DNA from: Diadema antillarum
Taxonomy: Eukaryota
Direction: 5' to 3'
NCBI RefSeq assembly: GCF_040938485.1
Contig: NW_027270975.1
Location: 1,116,001-1,180,000 of the forward strand
DNA length: 64,000 nt
Shown here: positions 38,701 through 51,529 of the stretch, piece by piece
Position numbering within the stretch: the stretch's first letter is position 1
Layout of the letters: each line of letters begins with the position of its first letter
Translations under genes and position numbers: made by a program
The notes under the pieces: generated by a model
Told to the model about the DNA's origin: nothing
What the model saw: only the letters and a program-made list of their open reading frames with translations
Databases searched by the model: none

Positions 38701-38899
38701 TTCCTATGGGGGAGTGTTCACATCAGGCTTGCATCTCTTGGTTCTACCTCCCCACTCCTACTCCAGTGTTCACAGCTGTATGAAATAACATTACCCACAT
38801 TTTTGACGGATTGGACATTTTGGGCAAGATCCCCATACTTAAAGCAGGCTAGTGGCTTTTCATGTTTACTTGCCCATAGAATTAGAATTAGAATGATTA

Positions 38900-39406
38900 T
38901 CATTACCTCCGCCAAGGGGGGGAGGTTATGTTTTCGTTACCATTGGTTTGTTTGTTAGTTCGTTCGTTTGTTTGTCCGTGTGCAAAATAACTCAAAAAGT
39001 AGTGAACGGATTGGGATGAAACTTGCAGGAAAGGTTGAGAATGACACAAGTAACAAACGATTAACTTTTGGTAGTGATCCGAGAATTTTTGGGGAATTTA
39101 TGAAGGATTTTTTATATTTTGGCAGGTAGGGTCAATGAACTTGGGAGTTCAGGCTGCGCGTATTTTAGGTTTGCATGCGCGCACTAAAGCGCGTGCTTTA
39201 GTTTTTGCTAGGGCGAGACGTGCTGTGCAGCTGAGGGTTTATGACGTAACAAAGGCTTCTATATTGGGAATTCGGGCGGCTTTCAGCACACAATGCAGTA
39301 CGTATGGGTGGAAATCACTGATCTCTGTGGAAGAACAAGATTAGTGCGGGTGGAAATGGGCTGCATGCTTGGCGAAGGTCTGCGCTCTCAGAGTGCTTCT
39401 CTAGTT
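38900..39406 (+). mobile_element. HINE/DINE-1-like Helentron-associated element, full length
   Basis: 5' subTIR ACCTCCGCCAAG (38905), (GTTT/GTTC)n tract, 3' subTIR CTTGGCGAAGGT (39368), stem-loop GCGCTCTCAGAGTGC, CTAG at 39401 followed by TT. Confidence 0.85.
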
Positions 39407-39409
39407 ATA

Positions 39410-39551
39410 ATTGATATATTATTGTTATTATTATTATTGTTAGTATTATTATCATAATTATTGTTGTTGTTATTGTTATTATTGTTATTATCAGTATTGT
39501 TGTTACTACTGCTACTGCTACTTATCTATTTTTATCATCTATATATAATTG

Positions 39552-39583
<32 letters not shown>

Positions 39584-39585
39584 AT
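39410..39585. repeat. Compound trinucleotide low-complexity tract (ATT/GTT/ACT/GAT/GGT)n
   Basis: Read directly. Confidence 0.85.
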
Positions 39586-40025
39586 AGCCTAATCTATGAT
39601 TCCTGTCTGTGACTCAAATTGTTACAGCACCAAAGGACAATTCAAAATAGATTTGCCGACCCCCCCCACAAAAAAAGACCTCTCCCCACCTAAAACCATC
39701 TGTTTTTTTTTTCTCTCTCTCATTTTGAGACATGAATGAGTGTTTTTGAAAGACACCAATGAACTGCAGCCTGTTTGAGGTGAGAACAACCTTCAAGGTC
39801 TGAGCAAAGGTGTCACTTCACCTTTAAATGTTTTTGTCATGTTTTCCACATGTTTGTTCCCTCAAGCTTCTGATGTTACTGTTTTCTTCTCAAAAAAATG
39901 TGATCCCACCTGGCAATGCTTCAGATCCAAAGGGAATGATGAAGACTGTTACGAGGCAATCAAAACTTATGGTGTTGAAATATACACAACTCAAATATAA
40001 CTAAAAATACTCCTTCTCAGCACTG

Positions 40026-40194
40026 TCACAATGAATATCAATCGTATTAAATGTGCAACAGTATAGGCCAGCATACATGTGTTGATTAATCATATTCTTT
40101 TTTAAAGATCACAATGAATATCAATCGTATTAAATGTGCAACAGTACAGGCCAGCATAGGTGTGTTGATTAATCATATTCTTTTTTAAAGATCA
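40026..40194. repeat. Recent 83-bp tandem duplication (2 copies)
   Basis: TCACAATGAATATCAATCG... at 40026 and 40109; the copies differ at only three positions. Confidence 0.95.
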
Positions 40195-40310
40195 GCATTG
40201 CCGTATCAATTACCAAATTTATGTGTATTACTCAAAACTTACAATGAATAGGCATTTTGTGAAGATGTAACATGTCAATTAAGCTTTTTTTATGTTCTTT
40301 ATAACCCCTA

Positions 40311-40338
40311 TGACCTTTGACCTTTGACCTCATGACCC
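40311..40338 (-). repeat. TGACCTTTGACCTTTGACCT (DR1-type) repeat, probably a remnant of a GGTCAAAGGTCA-bearing element
   Basis: Reverse complement of the arrays in 61452-61906. Confidence 0.5.
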
Positions 40339-43300
40339 TAAATATAATCATGTCTTTCTTACTCCATTATGATGTTACCTGTCTAAAATCTCATGAAGAC
40401 ATAGAATGTAACTTTGTTGCATTGCATTTAAATTTACATTTTCTTTAGTCTGTTTGTATAGTGTGCATGTGAGATCATCTATTCTCTCGGAATTGCATTG
40501 AAATTTCATCTTTGTAACAACATTGTATGAATTTATACCCTATAATTTAGAATGTGACAAACCATAATTTGGTAAATTAGGCAGCAAGCTGATGAATTAG
40601 ATATGCTATAAATGCTATAATAGATGTACACAGTGACATGGAATCCCATCTTCCAGCTCATATTGAATGGGTTAAGCTGTCCTTACAGGCCAACACTTTA
40701 TAAAGTTTATGCTATACCCTTTGTTTAGATGTGCCTGATGTCATGTGTCTAGTGTAATAAATCATCACCTATATCGCTCTATAACCTGTGCATTATTGCA
40801 CTAAAATCATTTGGCACTTATCTCCTGACAGCTAACATGTAAGAAGGATGCTTTGGGGTCAAAACGTGTGATGTGGAAGACAAAACTGAAGGTCTGCTTT
40901 GCATTTCGTTACATTATCTGATATCAGCCATTACCAAAGGAAGTGGGTCTGTGTCAGCTGTGGGATGCATTTACTTTCAGAATGTCAAAGATTATATAAG
41001 GATTTCCATCACATATCAAGGATGAGTTTGTGATAAAGTAAAACTCTGAATGTTATCAGTAAAAAGCAGCAGCAGCTTTTTGGATCAAAGCATCTTAATT
41101 TAGGGTTGTGTTTCAGACAGAAAAAGAAATAGATGTGCACAGTATGCAGCATTTCAAGTTTACAATTATGGACCAAATTTAAAGATTTTGCTTGATCTAC
41201 ATGAATTACCCTTGGTAAAATTTTCAAGGAAAATGTATTTTTTGCCTTATTTCTGTTGACATACTTTCAAAGATGAACTATCCCTGTATTATTGATTGTA
41301 GAATTAATGTAAGCATTTATCAACTTAATAATTTATGCATTTGCAGAGATGGAAATTTGATGCTGAGAATGTCATTGATTATGCAAGCTGGAAAAGAGCA
41401 CCATCAATGAACAAAATTCACACTGGTTTGGGGAACAAAAAAAATCTCTGACATTATATTTTTTACTATAACCCACTTTATCTTTGATATATATTTTCTT
41501 AAATTCTTCCACCTTTGATACTGCATATTTTCTGACCAGGACCATTCAGTTGTCACTACCATCTTGTATTGTAATACAACCAATTGGAATGCCCACTTGA
41601 ATCAATTATAAACTGTGCCAATCATAACGTTTGCAAACCGCAGCAACACCTTACACATCCAGCAGAAATTAGGCCAAACACGCACTCAAGAAATTTCTCA
41701 CAGTTTCTTTCTCAGGCATGGGAAATGGAACCGCCTGGAAACGCTTCTGTGTGGGTGGTGTTTACATACAGTTAGAGGCAAAATAAAGGAAATATGCCAA
41801 AAATTGTTGATTCCTTATGGCTACATGACAAAATGACCCTGTGCCAAATTGCGGTATCTTTTCTATTTTGATGCACATATTTGGTTATGTAGGTTAATTC
41901 TTTGGCCTTATAATCATTAAAATATCCAACTATCATTAATACAAATGGCATACCAGTCAATAGCACACAAGAAAATTGTGGGAAGTGAGATCATAGTCTG
42001 GTGTTCAATAACCATGTTAACAATTCTGTTTTTGAACAATCAGAAGTGTTGAAAGGGTAGTAGTGCTGCAAATAATTCCCATTTGTGAGCTATAATTTCT
42101 GCTATTAAAAGTGGTAAGAGAAATTTGATACAGAAGATAGATGACTGATGCTATGTGTGAAGTAAACCATCCATGAGCACAAGTTCCTTCTAACTGAACT
42201 TGGCTTTAATCTAATTCATTCTCATACTGGGATCTGTTCTTTGTTTGTATTGGTGGATCAGTGGATATCACATTCCATTGGGCTTCAACACACAGTATCT
42301 CTGACAGGCATATATGGTCCACTATTGTAATTGACCTACATGCACTGTAAATTATCTCCAGTATTAAAGTTTAATTGCATCTGAGAGTTGAACCTAATAC
42401 AGCATTCTCCTCACTGATATGTCATTCTTTTTTCCTGTGATACACAGGAGATCAATGAACCTCTAAAGTGCACTGTTAATGGAGAGTTATGCTATCAATG
42501 AGGTTTATGATGAGATAAATGAATTCATTCAGATGGAGGAGAAAGTACCTCCCATCTTTTAAAATGACATTTTGTATTGCTGTGAAACAGTCATCTGCAG
42601 TTATTCTTGATGCATAGGGAAACGAGGGATGCTACAACTCTTCCCCCCACCACCCACCATCTTCATCATCTGTCCATCCAACCTCCCAGTACATGCACAA
42701 CAAAATCGTCAAACAACCAGCTACAAAAATACACCCTCGATCCGATGCCACTAATTGGAAGAAGAGTGCATGCTTGCTTGGCCAATGACTATGGTCGGAT
42801 GAAAGGAAAAAAGCAAGAGCAAAAACGAGGACCTACTTTGGTGTGGTTGTGTACTGTAGCATCCATGTGAACTGAAGAGTGTACTCGTATGAGGAGTTTC
42901 AGACTTAAAAATACACTTCTTGTAAATCAATTTAGAGTCTTCTCTCATGCATACTGAATTATTTCATGCTTAAAACAAATTTGAATCATGATTTTCCATA
43001 GAAAGCTTCTTAATAATATTTGGCCAATCGTAATTTCCAATGTAGTTCTGCATTATATTGGGTGTGTGAAGTCTTAATGATTTAACCTTTAGAACATAAG
43101 TGAGGAGCTTACCTTTACCTTGTATTTTGCATGTACTTCTACCATGGCATGTTCGTATTTGTATTCCATGGAAGCATATTGAGAGTTGCGTGTTTGATGG
43201 ACAGGCCACTGACATATTGATAGAGCTGCTGTATGGAATGTTATTTGTAATTTAGTGGGTGAGTTTAGGGACTCATTTCAACATCTAAACTCATAAGATT

Positions 43301-44005
43301 ATGAGGTATGTTTGAGAAATGTGATAAGAAAAGAAGAATTTAACAAGTGTTTAACCTCTACTGCCTTAAGTAAGGCAGCTGGGGATGGTACTCTTTTGGG
43401 TGATGCTTGTTATTCAGAAGGTTCGTTAATCAAAAAATGAGATAGAGTTCGTTTTTCTGAACCTGTGTTGATCTGAAAATGATATAAGGTTTGTTATCCC
43501 AATGGCTTGTTAATCCAAAAATTAAATAAAGTTTGTTCCGATGAAACGAACAGATGATGCGTAATAATGAGCCATTGTGAGAGCTATAATTTCAGCGTTT
43601 CCCTTAAAAATTTCACATGAATTCTTGCCATATAGGAATCAGGGGTCATTGCATGTGGTACAGTGCATTTCATAATTTAATCACTGAGTGATGCATATTG
43701 ATGAGGACTAATGGACTCATCACTTAGGATAAGTGCATGTGACTGTGCTTAAACAAGCAATTTTACCCATCACCAATAGTAGGGTAACCATATGAACAAA
43801 GCTAATATCATAGCTGCCTCAGTGGTGGAAGAGAGTTGAGGTAGTAAAAGATATTGTTGCACTTTGCTTCATCCCCATTCATGACAACCATCGATGAATG
43901 GGCATAAAATGCTCCATTGATAACAAGCACATTCACACATTCCTTGACATTAGTGGTAAGTGGTTTTATCACAGATTACCTAGTAAATGGGCAGAAGGAA
44001 GGAAA

Positions 44006-44037
<32 letters not shown>

Positions 44038-44073
44038 TAAGTAAGTAAGTAAGTAAGTACATGTAAGTAAGTA
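44006..44073. repeat. (TAAG)n tetranucleotide microsatellite
   Basis: Read directly. Confidence 0.95.
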
Positions 44074-44612
44074 CTAATTGATGATGGAAGTCAGAAGTTC
44101 AGGACATGGCTCATGAATATCACTGTGCCATATCTGTAATATGGTAGTGGGGGAACTTGATTCATTGTCATAGAGCAGATATTGTAGCTTCATTGATGCA
44201 GGGAGATGGAGTGCTCCTTCTACCTCCCTGGTATATGAGTGCCTCTTATTACGTGATAAAACACACAACTGCACTTCATGTGAAATTAGCTTGTATGGGA
44301 ACTTTTCAAAACATGATACTAGATTCTGCCCAGTGCTTGTAAGGGGCTGCATTAACCATATGCTCCTACATAAGTTACTCCATGAGGGTTCTTTCTTATC
44401 ATCAAGCTACTGATGACTTGACAGCAAAACGTCTTTGAGAGCATCCAAATAAATTCATGATAACTTGATGTTAGTAAAGTAAGAGAGCATTCATATGGTC
44501 CATGACATAAAGTTTAAATCTCATTGGGCTCCGCTTGCATCAAAGGTGGCTAACTTCAGGTTATCTTGTTGTTAGGTCAGCTCAGTGTGAACCGTACTAA
44601 CTTCTGCTTCAG

Positions 44613-44720
44613 CTACACTGCTCCTCAACAATCAATCAGTGCTCCACCCAGCCAGTTGTGTGCCCGCTTTCGGGAGCAATCGATGAGACACGAATTGTCT
44701 CCCAGCGGCTCGTGTTCTGT
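44613..44720 (+). CDS. Candidate 108-nt symmetric cassette exon (phase 0: LHCSSTINQCSTQPVVCPLSGAIDETRIVSQRLVFC; a second frame also open)
   Basis: Perfect branch point TACTAAC + TTCTGCTTCAG| acceptor; locally CpG-rich; donor TGT|GTATGT at 44721. Confidence 0.35.
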
Positions 44721-44994
44721 GTATGTATATAATGTGCAAGACCCGTGGCTGATATTAGGAAGTGATGCTTGAAATTGGAGGAAGAGATTGAGACGGGGGC
44801 AGGGAGTGAGACGGAGGCAAATAGATACAAGTGGAAGAATGGGGGGAGGGGCGATAGGAGTGAAAAAAATAACCATTTATTTCATGAGGATTTGTAACTA
44901 CAATGTACATTTCTGAGTATTATTGGCTGTTATAATTTCTTTGCTTAGATTAGGATATCATGATTTAGATAATTTGCTGAGAGAGGATAATATG

Positions 44995-45245
44995 AAAAAG
45001 GAGAATGAAAGCTATGGAATGATATGAGGAGCAGAGAAGAAGACATGAAGGATGGGAAGAAGAAGTAATGAAAAAAGGAGATATGGGAAGGAGGAAAAGA
45101 TGAGGAGGAGGATGAAGATGGAAATAGGAGGAAGAAAGGAACAGGATGAAGAAAAAGAGGATTAGGAAGGAGAAGAAGAAGAGGTGGTTGGAGAATTAGA
45201 GGATGAGGGGGAAGCAGAGAGGGAGGAAGGGGGGGGGGTGGGAAT
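44995..45245. repeat. Polypurine (GA/GAG/GAA-rich) low-complexity tract
   Basis: Almost exclusively A/G on the + strand. Confidence 0.85.
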
Positions 45246-46289
45246 GTCCCAAAGGAGGATTAAAGGGAGTCAGTCATCAGATATTATGGTTCCCCGATTA
45301 AATCAATCTTGGTTCGCTGCCCACTGTAGTATGCTAAAAACCAAAGACTAGCGCAGGCCTCCTAGAATAGCATTGCCCATCAGCGAATATGTGAATTGTA
45401 GCATACTGGTCAACTCCAGTCGAAAGATATAATTTGGCTGTGTGTGTGCTGTGTGTAAAGCTATAAACAATTCATTATGGGGATTATGAGGCAAGTGCAA
45501 TTGTATGCCATCTAGATGTACATAACGGTGCTTGCAATCCAGCAAACTTTGCACCAAGTTCAGGTAGTCAGAAATTAACAGTGAATCATTCAGTGTTCCC
45601 CACGAGCTTAGCACAGATATGAATTTCTGTTTCCTACTATACTGTTAAAATGTGAACTAGTGAACAAATATGAGCACACATATAATGTTTATGATTGTCA
45701 GTCTAAATTTTTCGTACACTTCAGTTCAAACCACATTTTATTTCCAATATCACTTTCCTCCCAATACAATTTCAAGGAAAACAAATGAATAATGTATTAC
45801 AACAGTATATAAGCATATTATACTGTATGTATGAAACTGTTTGTTCAAAATAATTGTATTATTGGAAAAGAGAGGCCCACAGAAAGGTCCACTTTCACAG
45901 TAAGCCTTATGTTGTTATCTATGCAAATTATCGTGCATCTTGTGATGCCAAAGATTGAAGTTTTAGAGGAGAAGAGGAAGGAGACAAATAGAGGAAAGCT
46001 GAGAGAGATTAGAGAATGAAATTATGATTGATAGTAGAAGAACAATTTTGAAGAGGAAATTAAGCTGCATTCAGTGTATCATCGTTTGAAGTCTGTGAGT
46101 GAGTTTATATATTTGCAGTTCATGATATGTTTTGTTGCAGGACACATAATGGTTTATGATATTCGAAATCTTGTATTCTTAGTGACTGCAAGATACTGTT
46201 TTGGATAAACCTGAGTCATGGATAAGAGATGATTTCTAATACAAACATTGGAATGATGCAAATTCTCCAGGAATGGTACTCTGAAACAG

Positions 46290-46570
46290 ATGCGTATTTG
46301 TTACATCCACACGTTCAGAGGGAAAGCCAGATGGGTATGCCTCGGTAGAGCGCGCGTGTGGCGTGGTGGGGTGCTAAAGCCATCAAACATGAAACTTGCT
46401 TCGTCATGTCTCTCCCACCGAATGGAAATTCCATTATATGGATCGGCCGTGGGATGGCATGTTTCCTGGTTGGCAGTCAGCTGTCAAAACCCACTGCGGA
46501 CTGACGCTTTTGCAGTGACACATAGCGCTCGCATCCTATCATCACCTTGTAATGATGCCTCTCTTTTCGC
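46290..46570. promoter_or_regulatory. Non-repetitive CpG-rich island, candidate enhancer/promoter
   Basis: High CpG density with no TIR/TSD or partner copy; AATGGAAATTCCATT palindrome (46421-46435), CCATTATATGG, GTCAGCTGTCAA. Confidence 0.35.
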
Positions 46571-48236
46571 TCTTTAACTCCTCACCTGCCAAGACAAGAA
46601 TATATTGCAGGACTATAATTGTCCACCTGGATGGCACACCTGCAGTAAAACTAAACTCTGCCCCCATTGGGTTAACTCCTTAAGGCTTTGGCTCATTTTG
46701 GGGGTAATTCACATCTCAAGGGTATTGGTTATTAACTTGCTTCAGTATTCATAGCAACTTTTAGGAGTTGGTGGCAGAAAGGGTAGCTTGTAGTCTACTT
46801 ATGTCCATGTTCATCAGTCATCTGTGAAGTCCTGTAACAATTCCTGAAGACCAATGGTTTCTTATCACGCTTTCTCCGTAGATTGTAGCAAAGTGTACTG
46901 AGAACTAGTTCATAACAGATTAAAGGGTCACGTAAAGTCAGAGGGAAATATGTTTTGACTGAATCTGTGAAATCCAAGCACTGGATTCGTCAGGTAATGT
47001 TATGGTTTTGTTGCACAGTGTATTCACTGAAAATCTACTGAAACATGTGAAATAGTCCCTGTGTTGTAAATATTGTATGAATGTAGGCTCCAATTTTAAT
47101 AAAAAAATTTGTGAACCTTCCCTATGTCTTCAAAAAAAATCTTTTTGACTTTGTCGACAAACAGTATATTCTAAAATGAAAGTTTCACAATAGATTTTTA
47201 CAGCTTTTTTTTTCATTAAATGTTTTGTTGAAAAAAAATTACTGAAATGTTCATAAATCGTATTTTCGTTTGAAAGAATTTACCTTTACTTGATAGAGAA
47301 TTCTTATGTGCAAGATATTTGCCTACAGCCCTGTTAGCGGCATCATCTAAAAGTAATCTTTTGAAGACTATGCATCTCTGGTGCCTACTGTATTCATTTT
47401 CATTCTTGTCATTTTTTGCTGAGGCAGTGTTTCTACCTGCTTCATGGATTTTCAGAAATTGTACAAGTAGGGAAAAAGAGAGAGAAACAAGACAATTTAG
47501 AGGCCTTCTAAGCTAACATATTGAAATTCATATTTATTTGTGCTGAGGCAAAATATGACCCAGTGATATCACGCTAAAAGACATCATGCCTTTGACAGTA
47601 TGAATTATGTGCTGATAATGCGATATGTACTAAAGAGGGATTAAGAAGTCTCCCACCAAGGTATTGCTAATCATCATGATGATTTATGATATTCTGGACA
47701 TGAAAAGAGACATTTCAAAGAGATCCATTTCTGTAACATGTTTTGTTTGATACATTTTATGAATTTGACAATATGAGTTATGAGAAAACCACATGAGAAT
47801 TAGGATGTTGTGCAATAAACTTTATAAGGGTCATTGACATATCCCATACCAGTAATCCAAAAGAGAATATAATGTTTTCAGGGATGGAATGTTTGTTTTC
47901 TTTCGGTTGATCAGTATTTTGGTTATGTCAGTTTTTCTAATTTGTTTGTGTTTTTGTGTCCCACAAGCTGGAATAGTACAGTATCAGATTAGTCCAGCTT
48001 CTTCAGATATGTAAAGAAATGCTTTGTTCAAAGTTTATTCTGCTTTGTTCATCTAAAGTATTCAATGTTTAAAACTGTGTGAAATCAAATACTACTTTTT
48101 TGGGGGGAGGGGCAGCAGTTGTGCGTCTGGTATGTTATATCTGAACAATTGTTCTAGCATGCATTTAGCAAGATTTAATGATAGTTAACTTTTTTATAGG
48201 GAAGGGGGAAGCTGTTTTACACAAAGTTCCCCTTAA

Positions 48237-48615
48237 AGGGATGACATAATGTTGGTTGAGGTGAAGATTTAGCTGTAAACTTTTTGACACTTTATGAAAT
48301 GATAAAGAGCATATAATTCTAGAGGAATTCAAAGTTTACCTGATGAAAATCAGTTTTGAAATGGCTGAGATATCCAAAAACAAAGTTAAACAAAAATATG
48401 GTAATAAAAGGTTGGTCCCAACTTTTATTAGGATCGCTTTGTTTTAGATATCTCAGCCATTTCAAAACCAATTTTCATGAAATAAACTTTGAATTCCTCT
48501 TAGAATGATAATGCTCTTTCAAAGTTCATATGACATTTCTCATTATCTTTAAGAATTATCGTCAAAAGAAGTTGGAAACCTGAAGCCCCATTTCAACCAA
48601 AACTGTACCATCCCT
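48237..48615. mobile_element. Kolobok-like foldback element family B, copy 2
   Basis: TTAA|AGGGATG ... CATCCCT|TTAA (RR...YY termini, TTAA TSD); long inverted arms around a short loop. Confidence 0.9.
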
Positions 48616-50971
48616 TTAATTTTTCTGTGTTTAAGTCAAGGGGTTGCATGGACTTTGGTTTCTGTCCCTAGATTCAAAGATTATGTTTTCTTTTACTTGC
48701 AGTTCACCATCATGATTAAGTACAAATGTCAAAATGAATTTAGTTCTGTAAAAGAATTTTTGGAGGATTTTGGGGAGCCCTTGGTCATATATCATGAACA
48801 CAAAAAACCTAGCAATTGTATGATTCAAGTTTCAATATCTTGGTTTAGGGGAGTAAGCATTATGAATATCAGAAATTTTACCCTGCATACAAAAGTGGCC
48901 TGAATTATTTCATTGTGAGAGCAACAAAGAGTCTAATACCATTTCACGAAAGAATATTTGTCTACCAAATTGGGAACAAAAAACAGAGAAAAAAATGCTG
49001 GTAACTTCAGTTCATAAATGATAATAATCTCTCTAAGCAAACTCAGACGATTGTAATTATTTTTTCCCCTTTTTTAGGGGGAGGGGGAAAAATCTGAAAG
49101 TATCAAAAGCTCCCACCTTGCATTGTTACATCTATGCTGTTTCACTTCAAAGTCTTTTTATCACAACGAGGCTGTCAAAGGTTATGAAGGAATAATCAAT
49201 CACAGCAACTTTTTCCTTGAATTGCAAAAGCATATAGGTATGTATATGAAAAATGAATCTATGTAGAAAATCTCATTTTTTTTTTCTCAGGAATTCCTGG
49301 TGTGCATTCCATCAAGATGTTAAGAACAGCTCTAGATACACCAATACCTCCTACGAGTACAATGAAGAAAGTGGCAGGACATTTACATTTTATTACACTC
49401 TCTTTATACCTGTTGCAATTGTGATGATGAATAAGCCTTGTTCAGACCTTCACATTCACAACCAGAATTGTCTGTGTTAAATAGCACTGATTCTCTTGAT
49501 GGTCTTTGGTAATGAAATAAAAGTCAGTTGAACACAGTCGAAGTTTCAGTGTCTTCTTGTAAACGTAGATGAAATAATACTGGGAGACAACTATGAACGA
49601 CTGAAAGAGAGAATGGCAAAAAAACTTTCTCAGTAACTGACTTAAAGGAAAGTTGATTATAATTGACTGGAATTTAGCACATAATAGATATTCCTTGTAG
49701 GTCTTTTGCCCTTCCTTAGAATTGATTGGTTGGAAAAAGCATACTCTAAAGAGAAACATCAGTATTAAGCGCTATATAAATGTTATTCATTATCATTATC
49801 ATTGATGAATTTGAAAAGAAATCAGCTTTTGGTGACATTGTTGTTCTTCCTGCATTTCTCAAGCCACTTTGGCCCTAATTGTACCACCTTCGTGAATTCA
49901 GGCCTTTGAGTTTCACATCCCTAGAAATAAATCTCATAATAAATCTAAAGTATGCCATTACGAGATTTATGCATGTATGTATGTATGTATGTATGTGTGT
50001 CTTTGTGTCCAAGTGTAAACATTTATAGATACCTTTAGATATACCAAGGCCAATTCAAGTACACACCCCTGCCAAACATGGTGTCTGACAAAGTAAAAGA
50101 AAACAAAACAAAATAAGAAAAGAAACATGCCTATCACAACACAAATTATCAATCTTCAGAGTTTTGTACATTCTACAATCTAGAGCATATTTTCTGACAA
50201 CCCCACTCTTTGCCCCCGTGTGAAATTCGGATTGCAGAAATCAATGCCTTGTTAAATTGACTGCCAAGTACCCTGTTCTCCACCACCAGTGTTCTTTTGT
50301 GGCCATTTTTCCAGTGTAGTCTCTTGAATCCAATAAATCAATACAGGAGGTCCAAGAGAATACCTTACTTACTCCTGAAGCGACAGGCTGAGGGAAAGGG
50401 GCTTAGTAGAGGGGCAAGAGGTGAGGTATTCACGGCCCTTCTTTAATAGCTGTCAGTTGATTTCTTCTGGTATTTAGGTGAATTATACTCTAGTGTGATA
50501 GTCACAAAGGCAAACTAATTGCCTATTTGTTCGCACTCATTCCTGTGAAAAAAATACTTTCAAACAGGAGGGAAGGTACAAAAAACAAACTATGAATGGG
50601 GCATTTTGTACAAATGGTTAAAAAAAAAAGATGTATGCAAGTACTGTCTTATATAGTCTGTGTATTTCACATTGATGATTACAATGTACATTGCTTTCTC
50701 TACCAGTTGCACATTTTGTCTCCCCCCCCCTTTCTTTTAAGCAGAGAGAGAGAGACATGCTTAACAAGACATGCACAGTTCAATTTCATGTACCTTGGAA
50801 CAATAATCTCCACAGATAGACTTTCTGTTTTGTAGGATAGATATGAATGTGATTTACAGAGAGAGGTTTCACATTTTGCTATTTTTGAAGTAAACAGAAA
50901 TGAAGAAATCCAACTAAAAATAGCATTTTTAATACCTGTACATTCACTCTTTCAGGACCACCAGCCTTTAA

Positions 50972-51529
50972 AGGGAAGATAAACCCTAAGAGCAATGTGG
51001 ATTGAGTGAAAGCAGCAACATTAGTAGAGCACATCAGTGAACGTTTGAAGAAAATCGGACAATCGATGCAAAAGTTATGAATTTTTAAAGTTTTGGTGTT
51101 GGAACTGCTGGACGAGGAGACTACTAGAGGTTATGACGTATGAGTGGACAACAATACCAAGAAAATATAAAGAAAATTCTACAAAACTCAATTTTTCATG
51201 AAAATTACAAATTCCATCAGCTTGATATTGACATATGTTAAGGGTAGCAATTATTCCCCCTGCTTTCTGAAAGAGGTTGGTCCATTGCTCTTTCATAATT
51301 CTAGAACAGTGAATTTTTGTTGAATTTCTTTTATATTTTCTTTGTATTGTTGTCCACTCATACGTCATATCCTCTGGTAGTCTCCTCATCCAGCGGTTCC
51401 AACACCAAAACTTTAAAAATTCATAACTTTTGCATCGATTGTCCAATTTTCCTCAAACTTTCACTGATGTGTTCTACTAATGTTGCTGCTTTCACTCAAT
51501 CCACATTGCTTTTTGGGTTTACCTTCCCT
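50972..51529 (+). mobile_element. Kolobok-like foldback element family A, full length
   Basis: TTAA|AGGGAAGATAAACCC ... GGGTTTACCTTCCCT|TTAA; ~220-bp high-identity inverted arms around a ~120-bp spacer. Confidence 0.92.

Noticed and set aside
42607-42870. His/Pro/Ser-rich frames
   Set aside because: Low-complexity C/A-rich sequence keeps several frames open; no strong donor.
43385-43560. Degenerate GTT(C)GTTA.TC.GAA repeats, possibly an old MITE
   Set aside because: Too eroded to define ends or a TSD.
46919-46993. 75-nt phase 0-0 exon candidate IKGSRKVRGKYVLTESVKSKHWIRQ
   Set aside because: Good donor (CAG|GTAATG) but a poor pyrimidine tract; indistinguishable from a pseudo-exon.
49760-49805. 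AGCGCTATATAAATG + (CATTAT)n, resembling an L2 tail
   Set aside because: Only ~45 bp, with no upstream LINE-like sequence; suggestive only.
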